Source of the DNA: Candidatus Limnocylindrales bacterium
GTDB taxonomy: Bacteria; Chloroflexota; Limnocylindria; Limnocylindrales; CSP1-4
Reading direction: 5' to 3'
DNA length: 64,000 bases
NCBI GenBank assembly: GCA_035248345.1
Contig: DATFHO010000082.1
Coordinates: 2,410-66,409, forward strand
Shown here: positions 56,678-64,000 of the stretch, in pieces
How positions within the stretch are numbered: position 1 is the first letter of the stretch
Layout: each line of letters begins with the position of its first letter
The notes under the pieces: generated by a model
Databases searched by the model: none
The model's input: only the letters and a program-made list of their open reading frames with translations
What the model was told of the DNA's origin: nothing
Translations under genes and position numbers: made by a program

Positions 56678-57628
56678 TCAGTTCACCGTGATGCCGGCCC
56701 AGAGCTCCTCACCGACGACCGAGCGGATCCAGTCCAGCGACTGCTGGAGGTCCGTCCGGTAGTAGTAGCCGGTGCCGCGGCAGCCGGCGTTGAGCCAGCC
56801 CCACGAGCTCACGGCGACGATCTGGTTGCTGGTCGACGGCCAGAAGACCGGGCCGCCGGAGTCGCCGTTGCAGGTGCCGCTCTGGTCGAGGCCGTTCCCA
56901 TTCGCCTCGAGGGTCCAGCCGCCCGAGTTGGATGTCCGGAGGTTGTTGAAGGTCATGTCGCCCTGCAGGCGGATGCGGAACGAGATCGTGTAGGCCGACG
57001 GGCCGGTGCCCGCGTTCGGGCCCTTGGCTGGCGTCAGGTGGCGGAGGCTCAGGCCGTAGCCGGAGACGCGCATCGTCGGGTCCTGCGTGCCGCGCGCCGT
57101 CTGCAGCGTGTCGACCGTGTTTGCGCCGGCGAGCTCGCCGTACTCGTCGAGCTGGATCGGCTGGTCGAGGATCACGACCCCGAGGTCGTGGATGTTCGGG
57201 AACCCGGCGAAGTTGTCGAAGCCGTAGTTGTACATCGTGCTCGATTCGGCGCACCAGCCATCGGCGATGCCGTCACCGAGCGTGCCCGTGCACGAGTCGG
57301 GGTAGCCGGTCACCGGGTCGTGCTCGGTCGCCGCGTCGTAGTGCGACCCGACGTCCTGCAGGATCCACACGCGGGCGTGCGCCGCGACCGCGCCGTCCGG
57401 CAGGGAGTCGTCATTGGTGCAGTGGCCTGCCGTGAGCAGGACCGTGGGCGAGAGCAGCTCACCGGTGCAGCGGTGAATGAATTCCCAGTCGCTGTCGTAG
57501 AACGCGACGAGGCCCACGAAGGTGTGCTCGGCGTCGTCGCGGTAGTCGCCCGTGATGGCCGCGGCGGGCGCGACCATGGCGGCTCCGAGCACCACGGCCG
57601 ACGCGAGCGCGATGAGAGTCCGGCGCAT
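56678..57628 (-). CDS. Secreted trypsin-like serine protease (S1 family)
   Basis: Signal peptide plus catalytic triad contexts LTAGHC, DLGVVILD and CNGDSGGPVF. Confidence 0.88.
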   Translation of the reverse strand: MRRTLIALASAVVLGAAMVAPAAAITGDYRDDAEHTFVGLVAFYDSDWEFIHRCTGELLSPTVLLTAGHCTNDDSLPDGAVAAHARVWILQDVGSHYDAATEHDPVTGYPDSCTGTLGDGIADGWCAESSTMYNYGFDNFAGFPNIHDLGVVILDQPIQLDEYGELAGANTVDTLQTARGTQDPTMRVSGYGLSLRHLTPAKGPNAGTGPSAYTISFRIRLQGDMTFNNLRTSNSGGWTLEANGNGLDQSGTCNGDSGGPVFWPSTSNQIVAVSSWGWLNAGCRGTGYYYRTDLQQSLDWIRSVVGEELWAGITVN

Positions 57629-57652
57629 GCAGTCTCCTCCTGTCGACTTTTG

Positions 57653-58864
57653 ATGGCGGGAGTGCCGACATATTCCGGCGGTTGCCGAGACCTGTCAACC
57701 GCACTGCCGAAAAGAGACGGCACGGTGGTGCGGTGTGACACCGGGTTGCCTACCGGGACTGTCGGTGATCCGTATGCTTCGGACGTGCAGTCGATCCCCG
57801 TTCTCGTGCAGGCCGGCACCGGCTACGACCTGCTGCTGTCCGGCCCCTGCATCGCGGACAAATCGACCGAGCGGCGAATCACGGCAGCCGCCGACATCCG
57901 TCGACGGGCCGAGGCGATCGATGACGGGGCGCTCGTTCGCGCGTTCGCGCAGATCGGGCGGGATCCGTTCATCAACCTGATTGGCTTCGCGCACGCGAAG
58001 ACGGAGCAGCCGAGTGCCGCCGCCGTGGTCAAGGCCGTGCGCGAGACCGACGCGCGCGAGGTCCTGCTCTCGATGGTCGGCTATTACCGGCGCGCGTACC
58101 GCCTCGCAACGCCGCCGGACATCATCCGCGATGCCGCCGACGGCGATCGCGCGGCAATCCGCGAGTTCCAGCGGAGCTCGTACCCGCACATCGGCCACTG
58201 GCAGGCCACCCTGCGCAACCTCCTCGGCCGTCCAGCTGTGGAGGTGCGCGGTCAGCTCGCCGATGCCCTCGGCCGGTGGCACACCGAGGGCTTCGCCGAG
58301 ATGGAGCCCGAGATCGATGCGGCGCAGCGTGCCGACGCCGAGCGGGTCGCGGCCGTCGCCGCAACCCGTGATTTCGATGACGTGCTTGCCCAGCTGATCC
58401 CGGGCATCACCTTCGCCCAGGAGCTCGGCCAGTCGCTCGCGGTCCTCGCGCCGTCGACGATCATCCGGCCCGGCTGGGCGATGACCGACTTCGGGCAGAC
58501 CCTCGTGATCGCGTATCCGGCGGAGCCGACGCGGGTTTCACCCTCCGAGCCCCCACCGCGTCTGGTGCTCATCGCAAAAGCACTCGGCGATGAGCTGCGG
58601 GTCCGCGCGCTGCGCGAGCTTCGGACGGGGCCACTATCGGGGAGTGAGCTGGCCCGCCGGATGGGCGTCCCGCGGACGAGCCTGCAGCACCACCTCGGGA
58701 TCCTCGTGAACGCCGGCCTCGTGCGCCTCGCGACCGACGACGCCCGATGGGGCCAGCTCGAGCTCCGGCCCGAGGCGATCGACGAGCTCGCCACGCTGGC
58801 GAACGACTGGATCCTCGATGCCGGGGCCGCGCCCCAGCCACCGGCCAGCGGCGGCTCGATCTAA
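57653..58864 (+). CDS. ArsR-type winged-HTH regulator with large N-terminal domain of unknown function
   Basis: C-terminal block ALGDELRVRALRELRTGPLSGSELARRMGVPRTSLQHHLGILVNAGLV. The start is uncertain (ATG 57653 or GTG 57785). The upstream part of track ORF 57038.. is antisense to the protease gene. Confidence 0.65.
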   Translation: MAGVPTYSGGCRDLSTALPKRDGTVVRCDTGLPTGTVGDPYASDVQSIPVLVQAGTGYDLLLSGPCIADKSTERRITAAADIRRRAEAIDDGALVRAFAQIGRDPFINLIGFAHAKTEQPSAAAVVKAVRETDAREVLLSMVGYYRRAYRLATPPDIIRDAADGDRAAIREFQRSSYPHIGHWQATLRNLLGRPAVEVRGQLADALGRWHTEGFAEMEPEIDAAQRADAERVAAVAATRDFDDVLAQLIPGITFAQELGQSLAVLAPSTIIRPGWAMTDFGQTLVIAYPAEPTRVSPSEPPPRLVLIAKALGDELRVRALRELRTGPLSGSELARRMGVPRTSLQHHLGILVNAGLVRLATDDARWGQLELRPEAIDELATLANDWILDAGAAPQPPASGGSI

Positions 58865-58894
58865 CCGACGCGCTTCGCCCCCCATGGGCCGCGG

Positions 58895-61402
58895 CTAGCG
58901 CGCCTCGATGTTCCGGAACGCGTTCCAGTCCGGGATGGGCCGGCTGAGGATCCATGCGAACGCCACGGCCAGCAGCGGCATCACCACCAGCGCGCCCGCG
59001 ATCTCGATCCCGGGCACGGCCATCGGCGCGTCGCGGCTCGTGAAGATCCCCCAGATCGGCAGCAGGCCGGCGGGCACCGCCAACAGGCCCGCGACGAATG
59101 CCAGCACGGCTGCGCGAGCCGCAGCGATGCGGCGCCTGAGTCGGGGTTCGGCACCGAGCGACAACAGTGTCCGCTGGTCCGGGCGAGACTCGGCCTCGCC
59201 GAGCGCGAGCGCGATGCCCGTGACGCTGAGCGAGAACAGCAGGACCATCGCGATGAGCAGCAACCGGAAGCCCTGGCCGGGACGAACCGGCGCGCTGTCC
59301 TGGTACGCGACGGTATCGAGATGTTGCCCCGCGATCGCCGTCGCGCGGTCGAGCTCAGCGCCGCTGACGGCATGTGCGTACTGCACGACATAGGTCTCCG
59401 GCCCCCCGTAGTCGCTGAAGGCCGACTGGACCATCCCGAGCTGCTTGATGACGGGCTCCGGGATGAACGCGTCCGGCAGGACGCCGCCCGAGACGCTGAC
59501 CGGAATCACGCGGACCGGGACGTCGATCGTCTCCGGGTCGGCCGTCCCGTCCTCGGAGTAGATGAGGATCCGCATCGTGGTCGCGACGGCAACGCGGTCA
59601 GACACGATCACCGCGCGCCCTGCCGCCAGATCCGCCGCGCCCTCCTGCGCATGCGCAAGGGCGAGCAGCTCGGGGGTTGCGCTCGATGCGTGGATGACCT
59701 GGTACGGCTGGAACGCGCCCGGCGTGCAGTTCGTGCACTGATCGGCCTGGTTGATGAGCTTCCCGTCGGCGCCGCGCGCATCTGGCAGGGTGAAGGCGAC
59801 GAACGCCCCCGAGTTGGTCGGCACGAGCTGTCCGACGGTGGTCGCCGAGGCAACGCCAGGCTCCTGGAGCAGCTCCTGCGCTGCCTGGGATGCGCCGGCG
59901 CCGCTGACGCGGATCTGGTCGGGCCAGAGCGTCGGGCGCCAGCCGCGCAGGTCCTCGGCATCCCGGCTCGCCGACCACGCGCCGATCGCGATCACGGCAG
60001 CGAGCCCCGCCAGCACCGCCGTCACGATCGGCGCGTTGCGGGATCGTGCGCGGGCGGTGTCGCGAAATGCGATCCGCGATGTCAGTGGCAGCCGTCGAGC
60101 GACCCTGTCCAGCTGCTCGAGCAGCCACGGTGCGCAGGCGCCGAACCCGAGCGTGCCGAGGACCGCACCGCCGAGGATCAGGTACTGGCGGATGTCGCCG
60201 TCGTCGAACTCGAAGGTGGCGCCTGCGATCGTCAGCCCGAGCCCGACTGCGACGACGAGCACGCCGAGCCACAGACCTCGTCCTGCTGATCGGTGCGCCG
60301 GCCGTCGGCCGGACAGCGCGAGCAGGACGGGTGTCCGGCTTACGGTTCGTGCGGGGAGCCAGGCAGCGACGAGCGACGCCACGAGCCCGATGGCCATGGG
60401 CCCGAGGATCCCCGAGGCATCCACGACGAGCGGCGGGTTCCGGTGCTGCGTCAGGTTGTCGAGGAATGGGTGGAACGCGCAGCTCGCGGTGAGCCCGCCG
60501 ATCACACCCGCGACGCACGAGACCAGCCCCAGCATGAGCGCCTCGAGGAGCACCGAGCGCGAAAGCTGGCCCGGCGTGGCGCCGGTCGCGGCGAGCAGCC
60601 CGAGCTCGCGCTGCCGGCGCCGGATCGAGACCGCGAACGCCGCCGAAGCGATGAGCGCAGCTTCGACCAATGCCATGGTGCCGAGGATGAGGATGGTCGG
60701 GCTCGCGTCGACCGCGGAGCCCGACTGGCCCCGAACCTCCAGGCTCATGACGGGCTCGCCGGTCGCGGGATCCTTGATCTCGCCACCGTACGCGCCCGGA
60801 TCCTCGCCGTTCGGAAGCCGGATGAGCCACCCGGCCGAGTCCATCTCACCCGGCACGTACGCCGTCGGGTCGACGACCACGCTCCGATCTGCCAGGTACA
60901 GGGGGTTCTCGATGATCCCCACGATCGTGCGATCCGGCTGGTCCTCGACGGAGATCCGGTCGCCGATTCCGAGCTTCGCGATGCGCGCGACCTCCGTCGA
61001 GATGGCCGCCTCGGACGTGCCGGCAGGTGCGCTGCCCTCGAGCAGCGTGTAGATCCCTGCCGCGAGGCCGCCGATGTTCGCCGCCCGCAGCGTGGCCGAA
61101 GGCCGCGCGCCGGGCAGGACCAGGCGGATCTGCCCTTCGGCGTACGGCTCGAGCTGGCTGCCCTCGGGCAGGCGGCTTCGGACGAGGTCCACCCTTCCGA
61201 CGCCCTGCGCGATGAGATCCGCTTCACCGAATCGTGCGGTCGCCCAGCGCTCGGCGGGGATCGCCGTCGTCCGCAGGATCGCGATCGCGCCCACCATTGC
61301 AGCCACCGGCAGGGCGATCAGCAGCACGATGAGCAGGCTGCGCAGCCGGTGGCGCGTGATGTCGCGCCAGCCGATCCGTGCGAGCGCGCGCGTCCCGGCC
61401 AC
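58895..61402 (-). CDS. ABC transporter permease with two FtsX-like domains (MacB type)
   Basis: 835 aa with two 4-TM FtsX modules, each preceded by a large extracytoplasmic domain. Confidence 0.8.
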   Translation of the reverse strand: MAGTRALARIGWRDITRHRLRSLLIVLLIALPVAAMVGAIAILRTTAIPAERWATARFGEADLIAQGVGRVDLVRSRLPEGSQLEPYAEGQIRLVLPGARPSATLRAANIGGLAAGIYTLLEGSAPAGTSEAAISTEVARIAKLGIGDRISVEDQPDRTIVGIIENPLYLADRSVVVDPTAYVPGEMDSAGWLIRLPNGEDPGAYGGEIKDPATGEPVMSLEVRGQSGSAVDASPTILILGTMALVEAALIASAAFAVSIRRRQRELGLLAATGATPGQLSRSVLLEALMLGLVSCVAGVIGGLTASCAFHPFLDNLTQHRNPPLVVDASGILGPMAIGLVASLVAAWLPARTVSRTPVLLALSGRRPAHRSAGRGLWLGVLVVAVGLGLTIAGATFEFDDGDIRQYLILGGAVLGTLGFGACAPWLLEQLDRVARRLPLTSRIAFRDTARARSRNAPIVTAVLAGLAAVIAIGAWSASRDAEDLRGWRPTLWPDQIRVSGAGASQAAQELLQEPGVASATTVGQLVPTNSGAFVAFTLPDARGADGKLINQADQCTNCTPGAFQPYQVIHASSATPELLALAHAQEGAADLAAGRAVIVSDRVAVATTMRILIYSEDGTADPETIDVPVRVIPVSVSGGVLPDAFIPEPVIKQLGMVQSAFSDYGGPETYVVQYAHAVSGAELDRATAIAGQHLDTVAYQDSAPVRPGQGFRLLLIAMVLLFSLSVTGIALALGEAESRPDQRTLLSLGAEPRLRRRIAAARAAVLAFVAGLLAVPAGLLPIWGIFTSRDAPMAVPGIEIAGALVVMPLLAVAFAWILSRPIPDWNAFRNIEAR

Positions 61403-61404
61403 GA

Positions 61405-62115
61405 TCAGGCGGCGTTCGCGGATGCGGGACGCGCCTCGTCGACGATCCGGCCGTCGCGCAGGAACACGACCCGATGCGCCCAGGCCGCGTGCGCAGCGTC
61501 GTGGGTGACGAGGATCGCCGCGCCACCGTCGTCGCAGTGCTTCCGGAGGAGCCGCATGACGGATTCGCCGGTCATCGAGTCGAGGGCGCCCGTGGGTTCG
61601 TCCGCGAGGAGGATCGGTCGGCCGCCCACCAGGGCGCGCGCGATTGCCACCCGCTGCTGCTCGCCTCCCGAGAGGTCATCCGGAAACCGGTTTGCGAGCT
61701 CCCCGAGGCCGACGGAGCCGAGCGCATCGAGCGCAGCGTGGCGCGCCGCGCCGACCGACCGCCCGTCCAGCTCCAGCGGGATCGCCACGTTCTCCGCCGC
61801 GGTGAGGCCCGCCAGCAGGTTCAGATCCTGGAACACATAGCCGACGGTCCGACGCCGAAGGATCGCGAGGTCTCGGGACTTCATGGTGCCGACGTCCTTG
61901 CCGTCGACGATCACGCGGCCCTCGCTCGGCTTGTCCAGGCCGCCGACGAGCGAGAGGAGCGTCGTCTTGCCGGAGCCGCTCGGGCCCATGACCGCGAGCA
62001 GCTCGCCCGCCTTGACCTCGAGCGACGTCGGGTGGAGTGCGACCACGCGGGTGTGGCCGGCGCCGAACCAGCGCGCCGCGCCCTCCAGCTGGACCATCGT
62101 CGCTCCGGTCTTCAT
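61405..62115 (-). CDS. ABC transporter ATP-binding protein (MacB/LolD-like)
   Basis: Motifs GPSGSGKTT, LSGGEQQRVAIARAL and LLADEPTGALD. ATG 62115 overlaps the padR stop (ATGA). Confidence 0.9.
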   Translation of the reverse strand: MKTGATMVQLEGAARWFGAGHTRVVALHPTSLEVKAGELLAVMGPSGSGKTTLLSLVGGLDKPSEGRVIVDGKDVGTMKSRDLAILRRRTVGYVFQDLNLLAGLTAAENVAIPLELDGRSVGAARHAALDALGSVGLGELANRFPDDLSGGEQQRVAIARALVGGRPILLADEPTGALDSMTGESVMRLLRKHCDDGGAAILVTHDAAHAAWAHRVVFLRDGRIVDEARPASANAA

Positions 62116-62684
62116 CGGTCGCCCTCCCCTGTGCCGGCGCCGATGCCGGCGCCTGCGATGACGCCCAGCGCGCGAAGCCGCGCGTCGCACGCGTCGAGCC
62201 AGCGGATCTCCGCCTCGGTTCGGAAGATGAGGGCGTCGAGCAGGATCAGGAACGCGACGTCGCGCTGCGGGTCCGCCGCGGCCTTGCGCTGCGTGTACGC
62301 CTGGAGCTGCTCCACCGACGCACGTCGTTGTCGCTGCAGCAGGCCCGTGAGATCCACGGATCCAGCCGCCGTCGCGAGGAGCACCTTGATCGTCAGCTCG
62401 TCCCGCGATGGCTCCTCGAGCACGACCGGGCTCTCGAACCACGACTCGAGCTCCGCGCGACCGGCGTCGGTGATCCGATAGTCGCGCCGGTCGTCATCGC
62501 CCGCGCCGTCGGTCGCGATCGACTCGACGAGGCCCTTCTGCTCGAGCCGCTGAATCGTCGTGTAGACCTGCCCGATGTTGAGCAGCCACTGGTTGCCGGT
62601 CCGGCGCTCGAACGTGGACTTGAGCTGGTAGCCGTGGCTCGGCGCTTCGGCCAGCAACGCGAGGATTCCGTACCTGACTGACAT
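62112..62684 (-). CDS. PadR family transcriptional regulator
   Basis: ILALLAEAPSHGYQLKSTFE...GQVYTTIQRLEQKGLV winged-helix block. Confidence 0.88.
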   Translation of the reverse strand: MSVRYGILALLAEAPSHGYQLKSTFERRTGNQWLLNIGQVYTTIQRLEQKGLVESIATDGAGDDDRRDYRITDAGRAELESWFESPVVLEEPSRDELTIKVLLATAAGSVDLTGLLQRQRRASVEQLQAYTQRKAAADPQRDVAFLILLDALIFRTEAEIRWLDACDARLRALGVIAGAGIGAGTGEGDR

Positions 62685-62695
62685 CGGCGGGAGAA

Positions 62696-62712
62696 TACAT
62701 ACTCAGTATGTA
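62696..62712. promoter_or_regulatory. 17-bp palindrome TACATACT-C-AGTATGTA (candidate PadR operator)
   Basis: Perfect 8+1+8 palindrome 12 bp upstream of the padR start. It contains an ACAT...ATGT core reminiscent of PadR operators, in an AT-rich patch. Confidence 0.6.
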
Positions 62713-62821
62713 CTACGCAAGTGGCGCATGGATGCGCCCTCGCGACGAGGATGGAGAGGGTCGCGCAAGCCATTCGGAGCGAAGGTGGATGAAGACATCC
62801 CCCGCACCCAAGGAGCGACCC

Positions 62822-63016
62822 ATGGACACCCTGCGCGACGCCGATCGCCTCGAGATGCGCGACGGCGAGGATTTCGTCTGCCCGACCTGTGGCTGCGAGA
62901 TCACGATCAAGCACCACGGCGACCCGGCGAAGATGCCAAGCATGCGGACCTTCACGTGCTGCTGCGGCTCCACGATGCAAGCCGAGCATCCGGAGCACGC
63001 CGGCCAGCAGGGCTAG
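62822..63016 (+). CDS. Small (64 aa) Cys-rich protein with desulforedoxin-like CxxC...CC motif
   Basis: AGGAG RBS (62811-15) 6 nt before ATG 62822. Motif FVCPTCGCEITIKHHG...FTCCCGSTM. Confidence 0.55.
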   Translation: MDTLRDADRLEMRDGEDFVCPTCGCEITIKHHGDPAKMPSMRTFTCCCGSTMQAEHPEHAGQQG

Positions 63017-63277
63017 GCGCAGACGATGCCGACCGATGATCGGGCGCGCGAGCGCCAGGACAACCTCCGTCCAGAGGCCGAGAACCAGGCCGCGGCGATG
63101 CGACCATCCGAGGACGTGATCGAGCTCGGGCCGCCCGATGAATCGAACGCCGGGGAAAGCGCCGACACGGGCGCCGGAACCGGCGGCGCAACTGAATCGG
63201 GCGGCCGGCCTCGACACAATGAGGGAGCCCACCTCGGCAACCAGCCCAACAGCTAGCGCCCGGCCCGGCGCTCGCAG

Positions 63278-63970
63278 CTACGCGGTCGGGTCGAGCAGGA
63301 TCTTGCCGGTCGCCGGATCGATCACGATGGGCAGGCTGGTCAGCGGCGCCGGCGCGGGCCCGTCGAGCACCGCAGCATCGTTCTCGGCGTCGAAGATCGC
63401 GTCGTGGCATGGGCAGAACAGCACGTGGTCGCGCTTGTCCCATTCCACCGTGCAACCCGCGTGGGTGCACACGGCGTCGAAGGCGACGAACGAGCCGTCC
63501 TTCTTCTGCACGATGACCGCGGGATCGCCGGCCGGAAGCGGCGCCGGCGCGTTGAAGGGCACCATGAACGAGACCGCCCCTTTGCTCGTGACGGCAGCGA
63601 CGGTCGAAACCGGGATGGCGCCGGGCGGCACCGTTGGTGGGGCGGCCGACGGCGATGGGGGCGTGGCTACCCCGGTCGCCGGCGGTGTCGTTCCGGTCGC
63701 AGTCGCCGCCACACTCGGATCCGCCGTTCCGCCAGGGCCCGCACTGGGGCCGCCGCCGAGGCCATGGCTACGCGAAGCCTCGCCGGTGACCACGCCGAGT
63801 GCCCGGATGAACGGCGTGAAGGAGGCAATGATCGCGGCGATCGCCGCGAGGGTCGCGGTCTGCAGGAACACCCGCCGCTCCGGCGAGACATCAGTGCGCC
63901 GGGCGGCCGCCGCCGAACTCGAACGCCACCGCGCCGGCACGAGCCACTCGCCCGGCCCGCCGATCAGCAA
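63278..63970 (-). CDS. Rieske [2Fe-2S] domain protein with Tat-type signal and Pro/Thr/Ala-rich linker
   Basis: CTHAGCTV and CPCHDAIF Rieske boxes. RRVFLQTATLAAIAAI is twin-arginine-like. The start (TTG 63970) is uncertain and lies near the window edge. Confidence 0.8.
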   Translation of the reverse strand: MLIGGPGEWLVPARWRSSSAAAARRTDVSPERRVFLQTATLAAIAAIIASFTPFIRALGVVTGEASRSHGLGGGPSAGPGGTADPSVAATATGTTPPATGVATPPSPSAAPPTVPPGAIPVSTVAAVTSKGAVSFMVPFNAPAPLPAGDPAVIVQKKDGSFVAFDAVCTHAGCTVEWDKRDHVLFCPCHDAIFDAENDAAVLDGPAPAPLTSLPIVIDPATGKILLDPTA

Positions 63971-64000
63971 CGCGATCCAGCCGACGGCGTACGGCAGGTC

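Noticed and set aside
57038-57652. Upstream part of track ORF 57038..58864
   Set aside because: It is antisense to the S1 protease gene, which has clear catalytic motifs. The regulator gene most likely starts at 57653 or 57785.
63026-63256. 76-aa ORF downstream of the small Cys-rich gene
   Set aside because: Low-complexity acidic/Gly-rich translation with no obvious RBS and no motif. Coding status could not be supported.

Overview
Gene-dense, high-GC (by eye about 70% G+C) bacterial chromosomal segment. I recognised no rRNA, tRNA, CRISPR array or insertion sequence. Many adjacent genes overlap by 4 nt (ATGA/GTGA/TTGA), which suggests long translationally coupled operons. The many long antisense ORFs in the track look like GC-driven shadow ORFs.

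Layout:
(1) purH (5-prime truncated), glpX, an S51 peptidase, an HPPK-GNAT fusion, and a MidA/NDUFAF7-like methyltransferase.
(2) Directly downstream, a 14-gene nuo (complex I) operon. Its membrane and Q-module genes look canonical, but the dehydrogenase (N) module genes sit after nuoI and are strongly atypical: a NuoI/NuoE-N fusion, a degenerate NuoF, and NuoG Fe-S regions flanking a GltD-type flavoprotein.
(3) A sortase-like protein, an MFS transporter and an ABC-2 transporter.
(4) A phosphatidylinositol/PIM-type lipid operon: ArsR, PIP synthase, ino1, two PatA-like acyltransferases, a PHP phosphoesterase and a PimA-like GT4.
(5) Next to it, a cluster holding four GT-C membrane glycosyltransferase modules plus a Ppm1-like GT2. 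It includes a 1791-aa protein that fuses two GT-C modules and a beta-propeller insert.
(6) The replication-origin neighbourhood: dnaA-dnaN-recF-DUF721 on the minus strand with a DnaA-box cluster between dnaA and dnaN, divergent from rpmH-rnpA-yidD-yidC-jag.
(7) Accessory genes: VOC, PNPOx-like, a BNR/Asp-box lipoprotein, an S1 protease, a PadR-controlled MacB-type ABC exporter, a small desulforedoxin-like protein and a Rieske protein.

The two best candidates for undescribed biology are the rebuilt complex I input module and the PI-lipid/GT-C glycosylation supercluster. All functional calls come from motif recognition by eye; no database search was run.
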